From: Armatimonadota bacterium
GTDB lineage: Bacteria > Armatimonadota > UBA10988
Length of the DNA stretch: 13,900 nucleotides
Assembly: GCA_016235455.1 (NCBI GenBank)
Contig: JACRKZ010000146.1
Span: 1 to 13,900 of the forward strand
Reading direction: 5' to 3'
The notes beneath the pieces were generated by a model. It saw only the letters and a list, made by a program, of their open reading frames with translations. It had not been told where the DNA came from and did not search any database. Position 1 is the first letter of the stretch. Every line of letters begins with the position of its first letter. Both the position numbers and the translations under genes were made by a program. Below are positions 7,682 to 13,900 of the stretch, in pieces.

Positions 7682-8649
7682 TCAAGCGAGTCCTGGCGCT
7701 GCGCGAGCTCGGCATCGTCGCGGTGCTGCTGGCCGAGGTGGCGCTGTTCGCCGTGCTCTGCCGGCAGCCGGGCCGGCCCAACCCGTTCCTCCAGCCCGAG
7801 GCGCTGCTCAACGTCGTGCGCGACAGCGCCGTGCTGGGCCTGGCCGCCATTGGCACGACCGTGATCATCGTGGCCGGCGGCATCGATCTGTCCGTCGGCT
7901 CCGTACTGGCGCTCTGCGCCGTGGTGGTGGCGTCGCTCATGGAGGCCGGACACGCGCTGTGGGCCGTGCCCGTTGGTCTGCTGGTGGGCATCGCCTGCGG
8001 TTTGATCACGGCAAGCATCATCAATGCCGCCAAGTTGCCACCGTTCATCGTCACGCTGGGCATGATGTCCGTGGCGCGCGGCTCGGCCTTCTTGGTCACC
8101 GGCGGACGCACGGTCACTTTGCCCGAAAGCACGTTCACGCATGCGGTCGGTGGCAACATCATGGTCGCGGGCGTGCTGGTACCCGTGCCCGCGCTGATCT
8201 GGGTCGGGGTGGCGCTGCTGGCCGCGATGTGGCTGTCCCGCTCACGGCTGGGCCGCGCGGTCACCGCGCTCGGCGGCAATGAGGAGGCGGCTCGGCTCAG
8301 CGGCCTGCCCATCGCCCGGCTCAAGCGCGTGGTCTACGGCCTGGGCGGCGGCATGGCGGCCATGGCGGGCAGTGTGTTCGTGGCCTACTACGGCACTGGC
8401 CAGAGCACGGCCGCCGGCGGCTGGGAGCTCGACGCCATCGCCGCGGCGGTGCTCGGCGGCGCCAGCCTCAATGGTGGGCGGGGCAGCATCATCGGCACCT
8501 GCGTCGGCGCGGTCATCTTCCGAGTGCTCCAGCGCGGCTTGACAATGCTGGGCGCGTCTGATTACAGTCAAGTGATTACCGGGATCGTCGTCGTCGCCGT
8601 GGTCGTGCTCGACCAGTTCGCCACGCGCCGCGCGCACCGTGCCGGGTAG
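7678..8649 (+). CDS. Monosaccharide ABC transporter permease (RbsC/BPD_transp_2 family)
   Basis: ATG 7678 overlaps the GT2 stop as ATGA. Motifs GGIDLSVGS, LPPFIVTLGM, GRAVTALGGNEEAARLSG and WELDAIAAAVLGGASLNGGRGSIIG. Confidence 0.93.
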   Translation: MIKRVLALRELGIVAVLLAEVALFAVLCRQPGRPNPFLQPEALLNVVRDSAVLGLAAIGTTVIIVAGGIDLSVGSVLALCAVVVASLMEAGHALWAVPVGLLVGIACGLITASIINAAKLPPFIVTLGMMSVARGSAFLVTGGRTVTLPESTFTHAVGGNIMVAGVLVPVPALIWVGVALLAAMWLSRSRLGRAVTALGGNEEAARLSGLPIARLKRVVYGLGGGMAAMAGSVFVAYYGTGQSTAAGGWELDAIAAAVLGGASLNGGRGSIIGTCVGAVIFRVLQRGLTMLGASDYSQVITGIVVVAVVVLDQFATRRAHRAG

Positions 8650-8671
8650 CTGCTCAGTGAGAGGAAACATC

Positions 8672-9730
8672 ATGCGTGGCCTGATCGTTGCGTTCCTTGC
8701 CGTGCTCATGCTGGGCGGCTGTGCGCCTAAGCCACCGGCCGACTCGGCGCCGCCCGCCGGTGCCAAGCCGGAGCCGGCCAAGGCCAAGAGCGAAGCACCG
8801 TCCCCGGGCACGAAGCTGCGCTTCGCCGTAGTGCCCAAGCAGAAGGACAACCCCGTCTTCGCCTACGCCAAAACCGCTGCCGAGCGGCGCGCGAAGGAAC
8901 TGGGCGTCGACCTGGTGTGGGACGCGCCGAACGCCAACGACGAGGCCAAACAGGCCGAGATCGTCAGCACGCTGGCCGACCAGGGCGTCAACGGCATCGC
9001 CTTGAGCTGCTCCAACCCGGCCACGCTGAAGAACGCCATCGACAAGGCCGAAGCCAAGGGTATTCCGGTCATCTGTTGGGACAGCGACGCGCCGACCTCC
9101 AAGCGCCGCGCCTTCTACGGCATCGACGACCAGGCCACCGGCAAGCTGCTGGGCGAGGAGATGGCGCGGCTGCTGCCCTCGGGCGGCAGCGTGATGATCC
9201 TCAGCGGCGTGCAGGGCGCCCAGAACCTGGAGAGCCGGATCAAGGGCGTCAACGAGGCACTGGCCGCGGCCAAGGGCATCAAGGTCCTCGGTGTGCAGTA
9301 CTGCAAGGACGATGTCACCACCTCGGTGCAGATGATCGGCGATGTGATGAGCAAGCACCCCGACCTGGGCGGCTGGGTCATGGTCGGCGGCTGGCCGCTG
9401 TTCGCCAAGAACGGGCTGGACGCCATCAAACCCGGCAAGACCAAGGTGGTCGCGGTGGATCCGCTGCCCGAGGCGCAGAAGTGGCTCGAGAGCGGCCATG
9501 TTCAGGTCTGTGTCGGCCAGAAGGTCTTCGGCTGGGGCAGCGAGAGCATCAGCATCCTCAACGCGCTGGCCCAGGGCAAGCCGGTGCCGGGCATGGACGC
9601 CAAGGGCTTTGTCGATTCCGGTGTGGACATCGTTGTGCCCAAGAAAGAGGGCGCCTACACCGACGCCAAGTACATCGACCTGCCCACCTACCGACAGCAG
9701 TTCGAAGCCGCGGCCGGCGGTAAGTCATAG
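8672..9730 (+). CDS. Sugar ABC transporter substrate-binding lipoprotein (RbsB-like)
   Basis: SD GAGGA then ATG 8672. Lipobox LGG-C, Pro/Ala/Lys linker, then VVPKQKDNPVF, QAEIV, AIDKAEAKGIPVICWDSD, GIDD..G, NLESRIKG and GQK, matching the periplasmic-binding-protein type I fold. Confidence 0.9.
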   Translation: MRGLIVAFLAVLMLGGCAPKPPADSAPPAGAKPEPAKAKSEAPSPGTKLRFAVVPKQKDNPVFAYAKTAAERRAKELGVDLVWDAPNANDEAKQAEIVSTLADQGVNGIALSCSNPATLKNAIDKAEAKGIPVICWDSDAPTSKRRAFYGIDDQATGKLLGEEMARLLPSGGSVMILSGVQGAQNLESRIKGVNEALAAAKGIKVLGVQYCKDDVTTSVQMIGDVMSKHPDLGGWVMVGGWPLFAKNGLDAIKPGKTKVVAVDPLPEAQKWLESGHVQVCVGQKVFGWGSESISILNALAQGKPVPGMDAKGFVDSGVDIVVPKKEGAYTDAKYIDLPTYRQQFEAAAGGKS

Positions 9731-10714
9731 CAGCCCGCGGTCACCGAACCGTCGTGGCCGCGGCTGCGGCAGCGGCGGGTCGCTGAGCACGCGCATCCAG
9801 CCCCAGGCGCCGGGCCAGGAGTCGATCAGCTTCTGGCCCGCGGCGGTGCCCATGACCGAGGCGGCGGTGGACAGCCCGTCCGACACGGCGCCCTCCACCG
9901 CGATGACGTTGGTGGCCACGCGGCTGGTCAGGCCGATGCCCGTGCGCGGGTCGACCACGTGCGAGTAGCGCACGCCACCGACGATGACGTACTGCATGGT
10001 GTCGCCGGAGGCGGCCACGCCGCAGTTGCTCAGTTCCAGGTCGCGGCCGTTCTCGAAGCCCACGACCCAGCCCACCTTGCCTGGCGGCGGGTCGCCCAGG
10101 ACGATATCGCCGCCGGCCTCGAACAGGCAACTGGCGCAGCCGTTGGCCCTCAGCACGGCCACCGCCTCATCACCGATGAAGCCCTTGGCAATGCCGCCGA
10201 GGTCGAGCTTCATGCCGGCCAGTTCCAGGCGCGCGGTGCGGGCCGCTGGGTCGAGTTGGACATGCTGCCAGCCGACGCAAGCCAGCGCCCGGGCGCGGGC
10301 CTCCGCCGTGGGCAACACGCCAGACCGTCGGGCAGCGCGCCACAGGGCCACCACGGGCCCGACGGAGGCGTCGAACGCGCCTCGGCTCTGGCGCCACATC
10401 TGGTCCGACTTGAGCAGCACGCGCCACAGATCGTCGCTGACACGTACCGCGGCGCCGCCGGCCGAGGCATTGAGCCGGCTGAGTTCGGAATTGGCGCGGT
10501 AGTCGCTGAGCGTGGCATCGAGCGCCTTGACGCGCTCAAAGGCCGCTTCGCAGGCCTGCTCGGCCACTTCGCGCCGGGGCGCATAGACCACCAGTCTCAC
10601 CCGCATGGCCATGTGGATCTGGGCGTAGGCGTAGCGCGCCAGAGCCGGTTCGCCGGCCGTGGCCGGAAGGGCGGACACGACGGCGAGCAGCAGAGGGAGA
10701 AGTCGGCGAGGCAC
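9725..10714 (-). CDS. apbE: FAD:protein FMN transferase (flavin transferase)
   Basis: Likely GTG start 10714 with SD AGGAG 9 nt upstream. Signal peptide PRRLLPLLLAVVSALPATA; motifs SDYRANSELSRLN, GAFDASVGP, KLDLGGIAKG, GGDI, AASGD, HVVDPRTG and SDGLSTA. Confidence 0.92.
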   Translation of the reverse strand: MPRRLLPLLLAVVSALPATAGEPALARYAYAQIHMAMRVRLVVYAPRREVAEQACEAAFERVKALDATLSDYRANSELSRLNASAGGAAVRVSDDLWRVLLKSDQMWRQSRGAFDASVGPVVALWRAARRSGVLPTAEARARALACVGWQHVQLDPAARTARLELAGMKLDLGGIAKGFIGDEAVAVLRANGCASCLFEAGGDIVLGDPPPGKVGWVVGFENGRDLELSNCGVAASGDTMQYVIVGGVRYSHVVDPRTGIGLTSRVATNVIAVEGAVSDGLSTAASVMGTAAGQKLIDSWPGAWGWMRVLSDPPLPQPRPRRFGDRGLL

Positions 10715-10736
10715 GGTGGTCTGCTCCTGCTCCCCG

Positions 10737-10759
10737 ATTGTAGCGCCGCGCGCGGCGCT
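10737..10759 (-). promoter_or_regulatory. Candidate apbE -10 box (TACAAT) abutting a perfect 18-bp palindrome
   Basis: Minus-strand TACAAT at 10742-10737, 22 nt from the GTG. AGCGCCGCGCGCGGCGCT at 10742-10759 is self-complementary. Confidence 0.4.
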
Positions 10760-10873
10760 GGTGACGATTCGGTTACGCCCGCCGGCCTCTCGATGCAACC
10801 CGGGCGGGCTTGGCGTCGTCGGTACATGAGGCGACTGGCAAACGTCCGTCACAGATGGGATAGTGCCAAGCAG

Positions 10874-10882
10874 TGGTACAAT
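10874..10882 (+). promoter_or_regulatory. Candidate extended -10 promoter for the FGE-fold gene
   Basis: TGGTACAAT (TGn+TACAAT) lies 22 nt upstream of ATG 10905, followed by SD GAGGAG. Confidence 0.5.
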
Positions 10883-10904
10883 GTCGCCGAGGAGTGGGAT
10901 AGAC

Positions 10905-11759
10905 ATGCACGGACGCCGTTTTCGACTGTGCGGTGCCTTGGTGCCCGTGGTCGCGCTCATACTGGGCAGCGTTGGCCCGGTTGCGGCCCAGGAACTGAAA
11001 CCTTTCACCGAGAAGTTGCCCAAGAGCCTGGGCAAGTTCCCGCTGGTTGTTGTGCCCGCGGGCAAGGTGACGCTCGACGATCCGGCCAACCCCGGTAAGC
11101 AGGTGACGGTTGAGGTCAAGCCGTTCTACCTGAGCAAGACCGAGGTGCGTTGGGACGAGTTCGGCCAGTGGGTCTATCGGCTCGATCTGAGTGATGCCGA
11201 TGCCGCCGCCGGCAAGGACGCCGCCAACCGGCCGAGCATGCCCTACATCCCGCCCGACTGCGGATTTGGCACCGACGGCTTCGCCGCCATCTCGCTGAGC
11301 TTCCTCAACGCGACCAAGTACTGCGAGTGGCTGACCAAGATGACCGGCCACAAGTACCGTCTGCCGACCGAGGCCGAATGGGTCTGGGCGTGCCTGGGCG
11401 GCGCTGAGAACAAGCCGCTGTCCGCCGCGGAACTGGAGAAGGTGGCCTGGTTCGGCAAGACCATGAAGAACCCCAACAAGCCTACCGAGGATCCCGGCCC
11501 TATGCCAGTGGGCAGCAAGGACGCGAATGGCTACGGGCTGTTCGACATGCTGGGCAATGTGCGCGAGTGGTGCGTGGGCATCGACGACAAGCCGGTGGCC
11601 AAGGGCGGCGGTTGGGCCGACGACGCCGAGCACTGCCAGGCAACGGCGCGCTTCTTCTTCTCGCCTGACTGGCAGAAGACCGACCCGCAGAACCCCAAGA
11701 GCAAGTGGTGGTTGTCCGACGCGCCGTGGGCCGGCTTCCGCGTGGTGTGCGAGCCGTAG
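10905..11759 (+). CDS. Secreted FGE-sulfatase-fold (SUMF1/EgtB/PvdO family) protein lacking the FGE catalytic cysteine pair
   Basis: Signal peptide ending VAA-Q. Motifs VPAG, VKPFYLSKTEV, ATKYCEWL, YRLPTEAEW, NGYGLFDMLGNVREWC, KGGGW and GFRVV. Only one Cys where true FGE has the CxxxxC pair. Confidence 0.88.
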   Translation: MHGRRFRLCGALVPVVALILGSVGPVAAQELKPFTEKLPKSLGKFPLVVVPAGKVTLDDPANPGKQVTVEVKPFYLSKTEVRWDEFGQWVYRLDLSDADAAAGKDAANRPSMPYIPPDCGFGTDGFAAISLSFLNATKYCEWLTKMTGHKYRLPTEAEWVWACLGGAENKPLSAAELEKVAWFGKTMKNPNKPTEDPGPMPVGSKDANGYGLFDMLGNVREWCVGIDDKPVAKGGGWADDAEHCQATARFFFSPDWQKTDPQNPKSKWWLSDAPWAGFRVVCEP

Positions 11760-11781
11760 TCGGCCGCAACCCAGGCTATAG

Positions 11782-11820
11782 CGCAAGCGCCGCGTGGGCC
11801 CTGCCAGCGCGGCGTTTGCG
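11782..11820. terminator. GC-rich hairpin between convergent genes, probable bidirectional terminator
   Basis: CGCAAGCGCCGCG (11782-11794) pairs with CGCGGCGTTTGCG (11808-11820) with one G-U; inner TGG/CCA extension; followed only by ATTT, so the U-tract is short. Confidence 0.55.
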
Positions 11821-11834
11821 ATTTGGGCTCGTGT

Positions 11835-13447
11835 CTAGCGCCAGTCGGCCAGCGGCGTGAGGTCCGGCGTTGGCGCATCGGGCACGGGCGAGAGCAGGAT
11901 GGCGATGCGCGTTATGGTCGCCTTCTCCGCCAAGGCCACGGTCAGCTTGGTGATACCGTTGAGCGGTCGCTGCGGCGGGGTGGTCAGCGCGGGCCCGGCG
12001 GCAAAGGTGGCGCCCGCTGGCGACAGCAGTCGCGCATGGAGCCGCTGCCCAGCACGCTCCAGGACCGCCTTGGTGCCATCGACGGTGATCTGCGCCGCGG
12101 AGTGCGCGCCCCAGACAGCCGCGACCGGCTGGTCAGCCTCAATCTCATCCACCAGCAGCACATCGCGTCGCCCGAGCAGCGCGTAGCCACGCTGCACGCG
12201 CCGGGCCATGGGGTAGGCGGCGCTCAGGTCCACCACCGCGCGAGCGTAGGTCGGCGTAGTGTGGAAGGCGACGATTGGTGCTTTGGCTGCGGTGTTCTGG
12301 TTCTGTCCGTCGATCACCAGGCAGTTCTGCCCTTCGGTCCGCAGTCGGTAGTAGTTCCAGCGCTGGCCGCCGAAGTAGCCGGGCAGGTTGTAGTCGTCGC
12401 CGCCCAGGTCGCAGAAGAAGCGCTGACCGAGCGCGTCGAGAACGAAGCAGCCGAGGTCGAGGTGACTGTGGTTGGCTCGGTTATCGCCGCCCTTGAAGGC
12501 CAGCCAGGCAGCTTTGGGGTCGGACCAACTGCCACGCAGGAAGCCGACCTGGACACCGTTGAACAGCGCGTCGAGCGGTACGCCGCCTCGCTCGGGATCG
12601 GTGCCGCCGGGCTGGAACCAGGCCAGGTCGAAGGCCTTGCCCTTGGACAGCGTGTGTTCCTGCCAGTAGTACAGTGGCTTGCCGTAGCGCCGACCGAGCC
12701 AGAACAGGCATTCGGCCTCACCGGCACCGGCGCCCGCGTCCGCGTAGTTGAACACCTCACCGGACGGACCCACGAAGTGCAGCCGGAAATCGCCGGCCTG
12801 GTCGAGCCCCGCCGCTTTGGTCAGGCCGAAGTCGGTGCCCAGCGCGGTGTCGAGCGCGGCCAAAAGGTACACCGTGTAGCTGGTGGCGTAGTTCCAGTAG
12901 CCGGGGCCCTCGTTCCAGCCGCCGTCGGGCGCGTAGGAGGCCACGGCGCGATGCCTTTCTCGCGCCAGCCGGCCAGGATGGCCTCGCGGTCGGCGCCGAC
13001 CAGCAGCGGCTGCAGCCAGTCCCAGCCGATGCCGAAGGCATTGTTCAGCTCGGCCACGTCGAGGAAATGGCTGGGATTCCACTTCGGCCAGCCCGCCGCG
13101 GCGACCATCTCGCGCACGGCGCGGCGGCCCGCCTCCTGGTCGCCGTCGAGCCGGTAGAGCAGGGCCAGCGTGCTGACTCGGGCCAGCACGCTGCGGCTGG
13201 CGCTCAGCAGGCGCGGCCCGATGATCTCGTACTTGGTGTCCGGTGCGGTGAGCAGCTTGTCGCGTTCGGCGCGCAAGCGGTCGTGCCAGCGCTTGGCGGT
13301 GGCATCGGTGGCGATGTTGTGGCGGATGCCATCCAGGTCGCTGTCCAGCAGCATCAGCCGCGGATGGCCCGGCCGCAGCGTGGCCAGCGGGTCGGCGGGC
13401 ATTTGGCCGACGGTGAGCATCAGCGGAACGAGCCAGCAGAGCGCCAT
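11835..13447 (-). pseudogene. Heparinase II/III-family (polysaccharide lyase-like) gene disrupted by frameshift and probable internal deletion
   Basis: N-terminal half from ATG 13447 (SD AAGGGGG; signal-like MALCWLVPLMLTVGQ, HPRL, RLL..SR, WNPSHFLDVAE..GIGWDW..EKGIAP) is in one frame and ends at TGA 12821 after about 40 out-of-frame residues. The C-terminal half (SYAPDGGWNEGPGYWNY, FNYAD, KGGDNRANHSHLDLGCFVLD, DLGGDDYNLPGYF) is in another frame ending at TAG 11835. The switch is at about 12944-12950. Confidence 0.8.
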
Positions 13448-13458
13448 GGGAGTCCCCC

Positions 13459-13899
13459 TTACTTGATGAGCCCCGGCCAGAAGTCGTAGGGTCTGAAGTC
13501 GAAGGCCAGGCCGGCGAGGTTCCAGAATGCGCCGACCACGAAATCGCCCAGCGTGAGGCCGAGGAAGTACGGCACCCACCGGCGATAGACGGGCAGGCCG
13601 CCGTAGCGCAGCATGGTCCACTTGATGCCCGCTGCCAGCACCAGGCAGAGCCACAGCTGCTCGACTCCCCAGGAGTTGGCGATGGCGTAGCTGAGCGGGT
13701 GCAGCGGCCAGCCGATGAGACGCACGCGCGCCGCCCCGAGTACCAACGCGATGCCGAACCCGGCGCCGGTGGCCCACAGGTGTGATGCGTCGGCGCGCTT
13801 GGGCGCCTTGAGCCAGGCCTCCAGTTGGCCAAAGGCCTGGCTGCCGAACTGCGTGCCCCAGGTGTTGACGTTGCCCGTGGCGGAGCCGTAGTGGTAGTA
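13459..13899 (-). CDS. C-terminus of DUF6785/DUF6784-like polytopic membrane protein, 5'-truncated by the window edge
   Basis: Frame open from the window end (YYHYGSATGNVNTWG...) to TAA 13459. GWPLHPLSYA, IKWTMLRYGG..YRRWVPYFLGLTLGD and several TM segments; family assignment is from recall of this motif set. Confidence 0.7.
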   Translation of the reverse strand, partial: YYHYGSATGNVNTWGTQFGSQAFGQLEAWLKAPKRADASHLWATGAGFGIALVLGAARVRLIGWPLHPLSYAIANSWGVEQLWLCLVLAAGIKWTMLRYGGLPVYRRWVPYFLGLTLGDFVVGAFWNLAGLAFDFRPYDFWPGLIK

Positions 13900-13900
13900 G

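Noticed and set aside
4640-10930. Twin-arginine (Tat) signals in M23 (PRRVW), ApbE (PRRLL) and the FGE-fold protein (GRRFR)
   Set aside because: None matches S/T-R-R-x-F-L well, and Arg pairs are frequent in n-regions of GC-rich genomes; Sec export is equally likely.
10715-11119. N-terminal extension of ApbE in the ORF track (likewise FtsX to 5848, FtsE to 6368, GT2 from 6386, permease from 7396)
   Set aside because: Most overlap neighbouring genes or promoter regions, and downstream starts have good SD sequences or stop-start coupling and give family-typical N-termini.
12940-12965. Programmed ribosomal frameshift rejoining the heparinase halves
   Set aside because: No canonical X XXY YYZ slippery heptamer, and a conserved segment appears to be missing, which fits deletion better.
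11823-13157. 444-aa plus-strand ORF and other long antisense ORFs (3464-4411, 5343-6218, 9959-11098, 10773-11786, 8654-9499)
   Set aside because: They are shadows of well-supported genes on the opposite strand; long stop-free frames are expected at high GC and they show no family motifs.
11835-13832. 665-aa ORF as a single intact heparinase gene
   Set aside because: Its first roughly 295 residues are out-of-frame text over the DUF6785-like gene and the real N-terminal half; only the part from about 12950 downward is family-like.
1-13900. CRISPR array, tRNA/rRNA, transposase, integrase or defence genes
   Set aside because: No spaced direct repeats or relevant motifs were seen; intergenic gaps are all under 200 bp and all long genes have other assignments.

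Overview
GC-rich bacterial chromosomal window with 13 coding loci and no recognisable RNA gene, CRISPR array or mobile element. Gene content (DUF6785/DUF6784-like membrane protein, Terrabacteria-style ftsEX-M23 block, LVIVD and heparinase II/III proteins) would fit an Armatimonadota-like organism; this is inference only. In order: the 3' part of an LVIVD-repeat protein (+); a minus-strand block ftsE-ftsX-M23 coiled-coil peptidase-L,D-transpeptidase-Gfo/Idh/MocA oxidoreductase; a divergent plus-strand block GT2 glycosyltransferase-sugar ABC permease-sugar-binding lipoprotein with no ATPase; a divergent pair apbE (-) and secreted FGE-sulfatase-fold protein (+); a heparinase II/III-family gene broken by an apparent microhomology deletion (-); and the 3' end of a DUF6785/DUF6784-like gene (-). 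The best candidate for a new system is the ApbE plus FGE-fold pair: the FGE-fold protein lacks the catalytic Cys pair but carries DAANRPS, which resembles the DxxSGA[S/T] flavinylation motif. The clearest sequence anomaly is the frameshift at about 12944-12950.
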